The position numbers and the translations under genes were made by a program. A DNA stretch of 64,000 nt from an uncultured delta proteobacterium (GTDB lineage: Bacteria; Desulfobacterota; Binatia; UBA9968), in the NCBI GenBank assembly GCA_963727625.1, contig CAVSHR010000004.1, positions 320,001 through 384,000 on the forward strand. The letters are read 5' to 3'. The notes under the pieces were generated by a model. It searched no databases, was not told the origin of the DNA, and saw only the letters and a program-made list of their open reading frames with translations. Positions 31,198-41,565 of this stretch are shown here, one piece after another (the first letter of the stretch is position 1; every line of letters begins with the position of its first letter).

Positions 31198-31686
31198 CTA
31201 CCGAGCCGAGCCAATGGCGCGGCGGCGCTCGAGGCTTTCCTCCGGCCAATGTTCGTTGCGATCGTAATACTCGGTCACCGCGGGCGTGTCCAACGGCAGC
31301 ACGACCCAGGGCTGCTTGGATGAAGTGAAAATATGAATATCGGGAGGCAGCCGGTCAGGCTCGTCGAGCGTTCCAACACGAACAAAACGCACCGTGTCGC
31401 CCATGCCCGCGTAATTGCTCCACAGCGCGATGCGGCAGTTTGGGCAGCGCGCGATTTTTTGTCCCCTGCCGCTGTGCGTCGGCGTGTTCACCGCTTCCGG
31501 CTCGCCTTCTAATAATATTACGCGATCGGCTTCAATCAACGCGTTCAGCGCGAACGACGCGCCGGTTTCGCGCTGACACCAGCGACAGTGACAACAGTGA
31601 ACAAACAGGGGCTCGCTGTTCAACCGGTAGCGCACCGCGCCGCAAGTACATTTGCCTTCGAATGAAAGTGCTTCGCGAGCCAGCAT
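31198..31686 (-). CDS. GFA (CENP-V/Mss4-like) family protein
   Basis: GKCTCGAVRY, HCCHCRWCQR, CPNC, VGTLD. Confidence 0.9.
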   Translation of the reverse strand: MLAREALSFEGKCTCGAVRYRLNSEPLFVHCCHCRWCQRETGASFALNALIEADRVILLEGEPEAVNTPTHSGRGQKIARCPNCRIALWSNYAGMGDTVRFVRVGTLDEPDRLPPDIHIFTSSKQPWVVLPLDTPAVTEYYDRNEHWPEESLERRRAIGSAR

Positions 31687-31837
31687 GGGCAGCTCCGTTT
31701 CTGTGACCAGAAAATTCAGCGGATTAAAGCAACCTCCACCTGTCGTAACGCATAATCCCGCGGCAAGTCTCGAAGGACTCGTCGTTGTATTTCCACTATG
31801 GCGATCCGCTTGCTGCGAGAACCGTCCGAAGAAGGCA

Positions 31838-32806
31838 TCAATTGCGCCCTGCAACGGCTCTGACGAAACTCCAATCGGTCACTTGTCGCTCAGGAATCGC
31901 CCGTTTCAGCCCGAGGGTCTGCTCGTCCAGACGCAGCTCATTGGCGAGGCTCTTCTTTCCGATATCTCCCTGTTCGTTCAATGACCGGACTGCAAAGTCA
32001 TAAACTCTTCCGACATACTGATCGCTGATCTTCAGATGATCTTTCATGATCTCCAGAGTTGCTTCCTTGTTGGTCTTAAAAAACCTGAGACCTTTCAAAG
32101 TCGCGCGAATCATTCTTTTGATCTGCTCTGGGTTGGCTTTAATTTTTTCCGCGCCGACGGCAAGACCGCCCAAGGGTAAATTCACGATGTCGCCGAAATA
32201 CAGGATGTCGCGTAAGCCCAACTTGTCGGTTTTCTCGATAAAGGCGACATCCAGCGGTGATGCATCAACGGTGCCGGATTCCAATGCCGCCAGCCGGGCG
32301 GAAGAACCGCCGATCGACATGAAGATGACGTCATGATCGGGATCCATCCCTTCTGCAGCCAGAGCCTCTCGAACCATCACATAGGGTGTGGAACCGATGG
32401 AACTGATTGCGACTTTTTTGTTTTTTAAGCCCTTGACGTTTTTGATCTCGGGCCTGCTGACTAGAATGTGCAAGGGCCGGTCCCACCAACCCATCACGAC
32501 TTTGACCGGCAACCCTTTTGCGGCAGCTCTGATCGCGGCTCCGCCGACGCTGGAAAAATCGAGCTCGCCTGCGGCTAGCGCGGTCGCCTGCAAACCGGTT
32601 TTAATCACGATGGTCCGGACGTTCAGACCCTCTTCTTTGTAGAAGCCTTTCCGTTTGGCGATTACCAAAGGAATTTCGTAGAGTCCCACCGAAGAAATCG
32701 CCACGTTGACGTCCTCCGCATAGGCCCGATAGCAAGCGGGCTGCACCAATAAGCAAAAAATCATCGCCGCCGATGCTCCCATGAGCCGGAATGATACGAT
32801 ATCCAT
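31838..32806 (-). CDS. ABC transporter substrate-binding protein, NMT1/SsuA family
   Basis: KGFYKEEGLNV, LKNKKVAISSIGS, RLAALESG.VDA; RBS gaggagg. Confidence 0.85.
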   Translation of the reverse strand: MDIVSFRLMGASAAMIFCLLVQPACYRAYAEDVNVAISSVGLYEIPLVIAKRKGFYKEEGLNVRTIVIKTGLQATALAAGELDFSSVGGAAIRAAAKGLPVKVVMGWWDRPLHILVSRPEIKNVKGLKNKKVAISSIGSTPYVMVREALAAEGMDPDHDVIFMSIGGSSARLAALESGTVDASPLDVAFIEKTDKLGLRDILYFGDIVNLPLGGLAVGAEKIKANPEQIKRMIRATLKGLRFFKTNKEATLEIMKDHLKISDQYVGRVYDFAVRSLNEQGDIGKKSLANELRLDEQTLGLKRAIPERQVTDWSFVRAVAGRN

Positions 32807-33151
32807 TGCAATGACCTCCTCTCTAAAATTCAAAACTTGGATTTCCGGGAACAGGATACTCATTTCCCTTTCCTGCCCTTCAGTCAACCGCTTTCCTTGG
32901 ATTGCAAACTCTTACAGATGAGTTCTTCTGCTGCCCTATAAATTCAGCAGCCCCTAAGGGCCGTCCGGCGCGCAGATGCAACTCATAATCCTGGTATCAT
33001 TCACGACCGACTTAGTACGTGCCGCGGCCCATCGGTCACAAATCCTAAAAACATCCCCTCTCGGGCAAGCCAATCGTCACGAACCGCAGTCTATAGCCAA
33101 AGAATTGAGTCGTTACCCAGGGTTTTAAAACTGATGGGACACGATATGCTC

Positions 33152-34003
33152 TCATTGCTTTACAAACTTGAGCGTAAAGCGGTCGCTCTCGCCGATCGCC
33201 TGGTATTTTGCGCGATTCATGTCCTTCAGGCGATACGACGGCGGCAGCGTCCACACTCCCTCCGGATAATCCTTGGTATCCTTGGGATTGGCATTGACCT
33301 CTGAGGTGCCGACCAACTTGAAGCCGGCCTTCTCGATCAACGCGACGGCAAAATCCTGGCGCACATAGCCCGTCGCCAATTGAGCTTCCTGCGAAACCTC
33401 GGTGCGCCCGCGGTGATCGACGACGCCAAGCACGCCGCCCGGCTTGAGCGCTCGGTGAAAAGCTCGCAGCGCGCCGACGATTTCATTACGCGCGATCCAG
33501 TTGTGCAGGTTGCGGAAGGTGAGCACGAAATCGGCGCTGCCCGCAGGCGCGATCTCGTGCTTGTCGGCGTTGAATTGAGTGACCAAAACCTTGCTGTAAA
33601 GGGCCGGCTCGGCCTTGAGCCGGGCCAGCAGCTTCTTGTGATCGGCAAGATACCGCGGCGGCGCCGCTTCGTCGCGGTTGGCGGCGATGTAGCGCCCTCG
33701 TTCCTTCAAATAAGGCGCGAGAATCTCCAGATAATAACCGCGGCTGCCCGGAAGAATCTCCACAACCGTGCTGTTTTCCTTGACGCCGAAGAACGCAAGC
33801 GTCTCAAGCGGATGGCGAGAGCGATCGCGCGCTAAATTGCCGGCGGTCCGATGAGGCGCCTTCACCCATTTAATCAGCCCGTTGGGCCCGCTTGCTAGCG
33901 CGACGCCATGGGAAAACCCCATCCACGACAGGGTCGCCGCAATAAGCAGTCTCGCCAATGCCCGCGCCGACTTGGTGCTCGTAATCGAAAGTGATTGCAT
34001 CAA
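33152..34003 (-). CDS. Predicted exported class I SAM methyltransferase
   Basis: RD.SRHP.ETL.FFGV, VVEILPG, LTFRNLHNW, GVWTLPP, IGESDRF. Confidence 0.85.
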   Translation of the reverse strand: MMQSLSITSTKSARALARLLIAATLSWMGFSHGVALASGPNGLIKWVKAPHRTAGNLARDRSRHPLETLAFFGVKENSTVVEILPGSRGYYLEILAPYLKERGRYIAANRDEAAPPRYLADHKKLLARLKAEPALYSKVLVTQFNADKHEIAPAGSADFVLTFRNLHNWIARNEIVGALRAFHRALKPGGVLGVVDHRGRTEVSQEAQLATGYVRQDFAVALIEKAGFKLVGTSEVNANPKDTKDYPEGVWTLPPSYRLKDMNRAKYQAIGESDRFTLKFVKQ

Positions 34004-34480
34004 ATCCTCAACTGCTGACAGAATCTGTGTATGGAATCCTAAAATATACCTTCGGTCAATGCTTTGATCTTCACACTTTGGAGATTCAAATTTTACGGCA
34101 GGAGTCGTTTTTGCCGGGTTAGCAGATCAGGGCTGTCGTTGGCAAACCGCCAGGGCCGGATATCACGCGAGGATGCGGTATCGATCCAAGCGGTTAAATT
34201 CCTGGCCATGAAATCGAGGCAGGCTCGTCCACCGTTGTCGGTTTGGAAGATAAATCGGACACTCCGCTGCGGAACGTGATGCGGATAACCAGAAGCTACG
34301 ACTCCGGAAAATACCCGCCATGCGCAAACCCTATTCGAGATGAATGTATTCAGTCAAGAAAAAATCAGTATCGTGTCCCCGGAATTTGGTGGACCCTTGG
34401 CGCCTGTTACGAATAAATGCCCGGCTTGGGGAAACACAATCTAGACATCTCAATTCAAGCGACTTCAAGGGCACTGTGTG

Positions 34481-35467
34481 TCAGCGCTTTGGCTTCCATC
34501 CCTCTTTCTTCAAGTCTGCATATGCCTTTTTGATCAGGCTATAGTCGAAAAGAGTTTCCATATCCGGAACGCTGGTGGCTTTGACCAATTCGGCGCGGGT
34601 CTTTACTTCTTCTTTAAGCGTTTCATCGCTCACCCATCCCTCCTCGGTCATGCTTCCCAGGGCGACGTCATAATCGAGTGACAAGGCTTCCACCGGGAGC
34701 GGATTATATTTAGCGATAATGGCAACCGTTGGTTCTTTGAAACGCTTCGCAAATTCGCGCCCTTTCGCCAGCCCGCGCATAAAGCGTTCCACAGTCATCG
34801 GTCTTTCCGCTAGAAACCGGTTGGAAACCGCCACGCTGGTGTACACCATCTGTATCTCGGCGCCCAAATCAGCCAAAATGTGCCCTTTGCCTGCGCCTAT
34901 CTTGCTAATTTCCCCGGCAGTCAGTGGCGCGGCGTCTACGGAACCTGCGAGAAACGCAGGAAGCTTTGCATCATTACTGCGCACGGCGATGAACAAAACT
35001 GATTTAGCGTTGATATGATATTTCTTTAGAAGTAAAAGCATCGCCAGATGACCCGTATCTCCATGAGTGTTAATTGCAATTTTTCTACCGATCAGGTCTT
35101 GCATTGTCCGGATTTCGGGTTTGTTCGTCACCAGTTTGTACGCAGGCCGTGAAATGTTGGTATAGACAATCTTGACAGGGCCGCCACGAATCCCCGCGCT
35201 TATAGCCGAACTGCCGGACGAGCTGAAGTCCAATTTATTGGCCACAAGAGTTTGTGTTGCAGTTCCGCCGCCGACCCTGAACCTTTTTAGAGTCAATCCT
35301 TCTTCGGCGAAGTAGCCTCGTTCCAAAGCAACCAAATGGTCCATATAGGACGCAGTATAAGTGGCGTAAGAAACACTGACTTCTTCGGCACGGGCGGAAC
35401 CAATCCATATAAAAATCGACATTGCAGCAGCAATTCGGAGGATGACGCTCGTTCGAATATTAAACAT
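34481..35467 (-). CDS. ABC transporter substrate-binding protein, NMT1/SsuA family
   Basis: Signal peptide, RGYFAEEGL, DLIGRKIAI. Confidence 0.8.
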   Translation of the reverse strand: MFNIRTSVILRIAAAMSIFIWIGSARAEEVSVSYATYTASYMDHLVALERGYFAEEGLTLKRFRVGGGTATQTLVANKLDFSSSGSSAISAGIRGGPVKIVYTNISRPAYKLVTNKPEIRTMQDLIGRKIAINTHGDTGHLAMLLLLKKYHINAKSVLFIAVRSNDAKLPAFLAGSVDAAPLTAGEISKIGAGKGHILADLGAEIQMVYTSVAVSNRFLAERPMTVERFMRGLAKGREFAKRFKEPTVAIIAKYNPLPVEALSLDYDVALGSMTEEGWVSDETLKEEVKTRAELVKATSVPDMETLFDYSLIKKAYADLKKEGWKPKR

Positions 35468-35794
35468 GCGGTTATTCCCTTTCCCTGATTTTGAGTTCCT
35501 TCAGCACGACGCTCTGGTTATTACAGACAATACGACTTCCGGGCTTCGGTTCTACAAACGTCACAAATCTCAGACTTGATCGAAGTAGAACCTCTCCAAG
35601 TAGCCCCAATTGCTTCAAAGAATTATGCCCCTCCAGCGAGTAGATCCATGTGCGAAGGCTGAATCATTTTAAATTCCCTTTTGCAGTTTCCCGTCGCCTC
35701 AAATAGGCGACTTACTAACTGAGGTCTCAAGGCAACGCTTGTGCCACGCCTCACTAAAAAATTTATTCAAACTGCGAAGCGTGGAATCTTTACG

Positions 35795-36907
35795 CTACCA
35801 TAACGTATTCGATCCGTGCGCTTCGTGAGATACCGGCGCAAGCACCTGATAGGGATCTCCGAATTGGCTAGCCACATCAAGCACTTCGGGATGATGAAGC
35901 AGTGTTCGATCGAGCATCCCATACTTGTCAACAATGAGCCGATCATCGATGTAAAGGCGCGCGTTCATGACCGACCCGTCCACATGTCGAAAGTTCGGGT
36001 GTTTCCGTTCGGTGCCTAGGCCCGCCCAAGGCATTTTGCTGATGAGCTCCCAGTGCATCGGATCCTCGATCCCGTGGGCGATCGACGCCTTGGGGTGATA
36101 GCCAAACATAATCTCGATCAAACGATTTGAACCCGGAACCTGTTCAAAGAGTCTGCGGCATTCCTCTCCGACCTCTCCTCCCCCATCGACTTCCACCACC
36201 CAGCTCTCCTTGACCTTCCAGCGCATTGGCTCGGACAGCACGCCGGCCACACCTTGGACGCAACTTAAATAGATTTCTCCATCCGCGTTCCCGTCGCCGT
36301 TGAAAACGCCGCAACGACCCCACGGAAAATGGCAACGGCCGGGCGGATCTCCCGCGCGAAACTGCATGCCATAAAGGCGTTTGCCGTCGTAGGTAGCGGT
36401 TAATTTAGATCCCAGATCGTCTTCGACTCTAACCACCCGGCCCGAAGTAACGACCTCGCTTACTTTCTCAGCCAACTTCCAAATAACCTTGTTGGGAAAT
36501 TTGGCATAATCGCGCGCCAAGAGACCTGGAGTACCTTCGAAGTAAACGAAGTACGGTTTGAGACGGCGCTCCTGGAGCTGGGTCCCGCTTTCCTCGCGCT
36601 TGCGCCCCATAGCCCGATGATCCGGGGTAAATGTTATAAAAGTTGGCCAAACCCATATGGCGACATCCGAAGCATGCATGGCTTGCAGCACTGCATCGGG
36701 AACATGTCCGTAGCGGGAAATCGGTTCAGTAATTAACGACATCGGGATGGCGCCGTACATTTTGAGCCCTGCGGTGAGGGCTTCCATACTCATCGGGTCG
36801 CTTCGACGATCCGCTAAGAGCAAGACTTGGTCCCCGGTCCGGATATCTGCCGCCTCGATCATATTTTTAACTCCGAGCATCATGTCGGAGATCTGACTGC
36901 TAATCAT
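35795..36907 (-). CDS. Aminopeptidase T (M29)/NicX-fold-like protein
   Basis: Two-domain layout with G.V..DD.GS.LT and C-terminal E..FG.HP..HVD metal-site-like pattern; assignment by recall. Confidence 0.5.
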   Translation of the reverse strand: MISSQISDMMLGVKNMIEAADIRTGDQVLLLADRRSDPMSMEALTAGLKMYGAIPMSLITEPISRYGHVPDAVLQAMHASDVAIWVWPTFITFTPDHRAMGRKREESGTQLQERRLKPYFVYFEGTPGLLARDYAKFPNKVIWKLAEKVSEVVTSGRVVRVEDDLGSKLTATYDGKRLYGMQFRAGDPPGRCHFPWGRCGVFNGDGNADGEIYLSCVQGVAGVLSEPMRWKVKESWVVEVDGGGEVGEECRRLFEQVPGSNRLIEIMFGYHPKASIAHGIEDPMHWELISKMPWAGLGTERKHPNFRHVDGSVMNARLYIDDRLIVDKYGMLDRTLLHHPEVLDVASQFGDPYQVLAPVSHEAHGSNTLW

Positions 36908-37135
36908 AGTTCTTCTCCTTATTTAGTCTTCCCGCAAATGCTGCCATGGGACGACGCAACGATAGGCAATACGCTAAACTCCTGCAAATCTCTTCCAGCA
37001 CACCCCAAGGATGATTGCACCGAAAACAACGAGGATCTGATCGTGCTTGGCACCGACCGGGGGAATTCAGCGATCATCACGATGCCAAGCGCGCGTCTAA
37101 CGGCCAGCGGCATAGCGTCAATGATCGCGCCGTTT

Positions 37136-37990
37136 TCAATGATGCGGTCTATTTTCGCTCACCTGCAGACGATTGCCGAATGGATCGTAGAAATAGACCG
37201 TCTGCGAATTTGGCTCATGCCACGGGATGCGATTGCCGAAAGGGCTCCAATATCGCTCGACGTTGGTCAAGTTAGAGACGAACGCCTCAAATGACCCGAC
37301 GGGAACCTTGACGTCCACGTGGGGGCCACGGGAGTAATGGCTTCGTTGCGTCATCTGCGACACTTCATGAAGAATGAACATCTGCCCCGTCTCCGCTATC
37401 ACCAGTGAGGCTTGGCGATCCCCTGGTACGGGGTCGGTTCGACTCAAACCCAGCGTATCCACGTACCAACGCTCGGCAAGCTCTAGATCCGTGACCTCGA
37501 GTCGGACATGGTTGATGCGGCGAAGCCCCAACTCCCCCTGACCCGGCTCAGTGCTCTTTTGTCCGTCACGCCGAACCGAAAACTCGTAGTTGAAATCATG
37601 GAGGTCTCGTATGAAGAGGGACGCAGCAATCGGACTGGGCTTCGCATATTCTACGGGCCCCTCATAAGCGACCTTTCGCTGGTCTAAGGCCGCGATGACA
37701 CCTCCCAAACCTCGGTCGTCGACCTCGAATCCCCATACCGGTCCTTCTAATCCACGAATCGGTGGCGGAATGGGTTGATCTTCAAGCGCAAGACCAAATC
37801 CCCGGTGGTTTGCCAATGTAAAAAACGCGATCTCCGGAACTTCACGATTAAGCCCACGCAGGTTCACATTTACGAGAGCATTAAAGCGAGCGCCCAGGAC
37901 ATCGGTAAAAAAAGACAGCGACTTTCCCAAATCGTTGGTCGGAATAACTCCGTGATCGATTCGGAGAACGCTAGGCGTTGGTTGACTCAT
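37136..37990 (-). CDS. Two-domain VOC family protein
   Basis: IDHGVI.TNDL..S..FF..VLG; INHV.LEVTDLE.AE.WY..LG; YFYDPFGN. Confidence 0.85.
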   Translation of the reverse strand: MSQPTPSVLRIDHGVIPTNDLGKSLSFFTDVLGARFNALVNVNLRGLNREVPEIAFFTLANHRGFGLALEDQPIPPPIRGLEGPVWGFEVDDRGLGGVIAALDQRKVAYEGPVEYAKPSPIAASLFIRDLHDFNYEFSVRRDGQKSTEPGQGELGLRRINHVRLEVTDLELAERWYVDTLGLSRTDPVPGDRQASLVIAETGQMFILHEVSQMTQRSHYSRGPHVDVKVPVGSFEAFVSNLTNVERYWSPFGNRIPWHEPNSQTVYFYDPFGNRLQVSENRPHH

Positions 37991-38135
37991 AGCTCACTCC
38001 TTATTTAATCCAAAAACTGCATCTTACGACAATCTAAGCCTTTGAGCTGGTCGATGGCCGTAACTAACCAGCGGCCACGCTTATCTCGAACAGGCTCTAA
38101 TGATCGCTCGGCTTTCCTTCCTGCCGAGCAGCGAA

Positions 38136-39137
38136 CTATACCGCTCGGGGTCTCAGCCGAGGTTTTACCTCCTCAATCAATAATCGCATTTGCCTTTCAA
38201 CATCAGAGGAAGCCAAGCGGGCAACGACTGCTGTTAGCCCAGCATCTATATACGACTGGAGAAGTCGGACGCAGTCGTCTGGTGTTCCAAAGATGGTAAA
38301 GAAAAATTCCAAATTCGCCTTCGGTTGGCGAAAAAAATCCACCATCCACTTCCATCCCTGTTCCATGGCCTTTTCCCGGCTTGGGTTCAGATTAAACGTG
38401 GCATAGATACCCGACGGCACATCCCAATTTTGTCTGCCATAAGTTTCCGCGTAAGCCTGGATCTTATTCCGGTTTAACGCAAATTTATCCACCGGGCGCG
38501 CACTCGACGTGAACCAGCCGTCGGCCAAGCGCGCCACGCGCTTGAAAGCGTTTTCACTCCGGTCCGCTGTCACCCACACTGGGATGCTCGGCCGTTGAAT
38601 GGGATGGGGCAATATGCCGACATCCTGGAGCTTGTAATATCTGCCTTCGAAACTCACCGTTTTTTCCATCCACAACCGTTTCATAATTTGAATAGACTCG
38701 CTGAGTCGACCGGCCTTTTCGGCATACGGAACGCCGCACGCCTCGAACTGATGCTGTATATAGGGTAGGGACGGAGCGACGCTTGCGCCAATTAAAACAC
38801 GACCCTGGGAGATCACGTCGAGCGTCGCGAGAGTGTGGGCTAACAATACCGGTGAGCGCATGGCGGGTAGAAGAGGCACCGTGCCCACTTTGACGCGGTT
38901 TGTTTTCGTCGCAAGGGAACCCATCAGTGCCAGACAATCACCCCTCGCTCTGTCTAATACGGTCACGCTATCGCCAATCCACACGTGATCCATGCCGACT
39001 TTTTCGGCGAGCGCGGCCTCGTCCCACATGGTCTCAAACGAAGGCGCTAGTCCGTCGTTGTGAATCAAATGCCGGGTATGGAGAAGAACTCCGAATTCGA
39101 TGCCTCCGGACACATTTTTAATCTCATTTACAATCAT
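38136..39137 (-). CDS. LLM class flavin-dependent oxidoreductase
   Basis: DHVWIGD, LATLDVISQGR, RVARLADGW, FGTPDDC. Confidence 0.9.
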   Translation of the reverse strand: MIVNEIKNVSGGIEFGVLLHTRHLIHNDGLAPSFETMWDEAALAEKVGMDHVWIGDSVTVLDRARGDCLALMGSLATKTNRVKVGTVPLLPAMRSPVLLAHTLATLDVISQGRVLIGASVAPSLPYIQHQFEACGVPYAEKAGRLSESIQIMKRLWMEKTVSFEGRYYKLQDVGILPHPIQRPSIPVWVTADRSENAFKRVARLADGWFTSSARPVDKFALNRNKIQAYAETYGRQNWDVPSGIYATFNLNPSREKAMEQGWKWMVDFFRQPKANLEFFFTIFGTPDDCVRLLQSYIDAGLTAVVARLASSDVERQMRLLIEEVKPRLRPRAV

Positions 39138-39616
39138 GTGGTGGACCCATGGGCGTCATGAGCGCTGCCGCCGGAGCAAGACACCGTGCAAACATGCTCG
39201 TCAACTCGCGTCTGCGCTTAATCTGTAACCCGAAACACGTGAGAATTGGCCGCAACCCTTAACGTGAATTGCCTGAAAAATGTTACAGATAGTTCATAGC
39301 CCTTACCAATATGAAACAAATCTGTCAACTGGCCCGTCATGGCTCCAGGATTTTTAAACCAAACTCACGGCCTAATAAGGTGATAATTTTGCAAGCAGAG
39401 GGGTGTGGGCAAATGCGAATTTCTCGAAATCAGGCTTTCGACTGATATGGTGGAGTTCCCGAGGATTTTTCAGTATAACCAATATGCGCCGATCAGAAAT
39501 TGAGGATTGCTCCGGAACGAGCCAGAGAGTCGAAAGCGAGCTGATGCACAGTAGACTTTGTTGCATTCTTTAGGTCATTTTACTCATCAATTGGCCATCA
39601 GCGGAATCGCATAGAC

Positions 39617-40477
39617 ATGGACCCGAATTTCCAAAAGAAAATTTATCTACTGCGCCCGCAACTGAGTGGACAACTTCGGAAAGTCGCGGATTTCATTCTA
39701 AAGGACGGAAATCATGCCTGCTTTTTGAATGCACGAGATTTGGCCGAAGCCGCGAGCGTCAGTTCTGCAAGTGTCGTCCGGTTTGCTCGCAAACTCGGCT
39801 ACGACGGGTATCAATCTTTCAAAGCAGAACTTCAAGACGGTCTTTGGCGACAACTCAGTTCGAGTGAACGAGTTTCCAAAACTATTCGATCAGTTTCCGG
39901 AGATCAGATACTAAGCCAGGTTATGCGCAAGGATGTCGGTCTCATAGAGAATACCCTTCGTATAAATTCAGAGAAAGACTTTCAACAGGCTATCGCTAGA
40001 ATTTGTGGCGCAGGCACCATTTATTTCGTGGGGCAGAAGAGTTCATTTGCACTAGCCTATTTCATCTATTACAGACTTTGCCGGCTTGGAATCAGCTGCA
40101 AATTGGCGACGGTCGGCGGACCCGGTGTTCTATTTAGCGAATTGGCGTCACTTAAAAAAAATGACATTCTCTTCGTTGTCGGGTTTCAGAGAATAACTCG
40201 CGAAGTACAGGCGTGCGTCAAAAACGCGGCAGCGCGACGGGTGGGGGTGTTGCTAATAACCTCAACATCGCTCAATTTCGTCGGCGACGAAGCGGATGTG
40301 GTTTTTCTTGCCGATCGCGGCAGTGCAGATTTGCTGCAGTCCGTTACTGCCGCATTTTCGTTGGGTCATGCGCTCGTCATTGCTGTGGCCGCTAAATTGG
40401 GTACCCGTTCGGCGGCGCTTTTAAATGCCATCGATGCAATGGAGGAGGATACACTCGCTCGCGAACCCAATGGTTGA
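39617..40477 (+). CDS. MurR/RpiR family transcriptional regulator (HTH-SIS)
   Basis: LAEAASVSSASVVRFARKLGYDGY; SIS domain IYFVG..SS. Confidence 0.9.
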   Translation: MDPNFQKKIYLLRPQLSGQLRKVADFILKDGNHACFLNARDLAEAASVSSASVVRFARKLGYDGYQSFKAELQDGLWRQLSSSERVSKTIRSVSGDQILSQVMRKDVGLIENTLRINSEKDFQQAIARICGAGTIYFVGQKSSFALAYFIYYRLCRLGISCKLATVGGPGVLFSELASLKKNDILFVVGFQRITREVQACVKNAAARRVGVLLITSTSLNFVGDEADVVFLADRGSADLLQSVTAAFSLGHALVIAVAAKLGTRSAALLNAIDAMEEDTLAREPNG

Positions 40478-40599
40478 GGGAGAAACAAAGCGTTGCGAGC
40501 ACCAACCATCGCGGCAAAAACAACTTTAACGTTAGATCAGATCTCCACAAGCGCACGCCGGAAAAAACAGCCGTTTCGGCGCGCGCGACGACCACGTGC

Positions 40600-41460
40600 T
40601 CAGCCCAGCTCGAACGACGTGACGCCGAAGATCTCGACGTCCGGCAACTCCGGGATCGGGCCGAGCACCATGCGCGCGCAGCCGAAGACCTCCTTCATGC
40701 CGTGGCGTCCTGCCAGAGCCAGCGCTTCACGGTTGACCTCCGGCACGTCCAGGAAGATTGGCTCGCCCGGGACCCGCGAGGCCAGGGCCACGAAGAGCCG
40801 CTCGGCCAACGCGGCGTTCGCCGCGAACAGCGGGCCGATTTTGTGGCCGGTCCGGCACGGCCGCATGACCGCGTAGCCGCGCACCCTGTCACCTTCGAGA
40901 GCGGCCACGGCATGTCCGCCAGGGCGGCGAATCCAGCCACGCAGGAACCGGCTGCGCGACGCGGGAAAGTGCCGGCGATCGCAGGCTTCGATGGGTTCGA
41001 AAGGAAGGGAGCTCGCCTCGACGACGCCCGCCTGCGGCGGCGCTTCCCTGCCTCGTCCCTCGAAGCGCAGGTCGCGGCAGACAAAGCGGAAGCCGCCGCG
41101 GGTGTAGTATTCCTGCATGTTGAACACCCCGTCCATGCCGATGCACGCGTCCGCGTCGAGGCGCTCCAACAGGCGCCGCTTGCGCTCGTTCCAGAGGAGA
41201 TTGCCCAGGCCGCGCCCGCGGTAGCCGGGCCGCATGATGAAGAAGCCCATGAAACCATAGCGCTTTTCGTAAGCGACGATCGAGCCTCCGCCGACCAGCT
41301 CGCCGCCCATCTCGGCGGCGATGAACCCCTCCGGGTCAGTGGCCCAGAAGATCTCGGCATCGTCGAGGCCTGGGTTCCAACCCTCGCGCGCCGCCCATTC
41401 AACCAGCGTATCCAGCTCGCCGCGGGTCATGCGGCGAATTTTCATCTCCTCAGAGGCCAT
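40600..41460 (-). CDS. GNAT N-acetyltransferase (YitH-like tandem)
   Basis: WAAREGWNPG, YRGRGLG, KIGPLFA, IFGVTSFELG. Confidence 0.9.
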   Translation of the reverse strand: MASEEMKIRRMTRGELDTLVEWAAREGWNPGLDDAEIFWATDPEGFIAAEMGGELVGGGSIVAYEKRYGFMGFFIMRPGYRGRGLGNLLWNERKRRLLERLDADACIGMDGVFNMQEYYTRGGFRFVCRDLRFEGRGREAPPQAGVVEASSLPFEPIEACDRRHFPASRSRFLRGWIRRPGGHAVAALEGDRVRGYAVMRPCRTGHKIGPLFAANAALAERLFVALASRVPGEPIFLDVPEVNREALALAGRHGMKEVFGCARMVLGPIPELPDVEIFGVTSFELG

Positions 41461-41565
41461 CAGTCCGTGCTCCTGCCGTTAAGATAAGAAATATCCCTTC
41501 ACTAATACGAACGTTATCGTGCAACATGCTATGCGCGGGTTCTCGCGTGTCAACGGACCTGCCCA

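Noticed and set aside
34360-34388. AGTATCGTGTCCCCGGAATTT, reminiscent of a RAYT-element end
   Set aside because: No partner inverted copy or transposase remnant identified nearby
40524-40537. CTTTAAC/GTTAGAT core-like sequence after the GNAT gene
   Set aside because: No hairpin or L boxes; at most an attC scar
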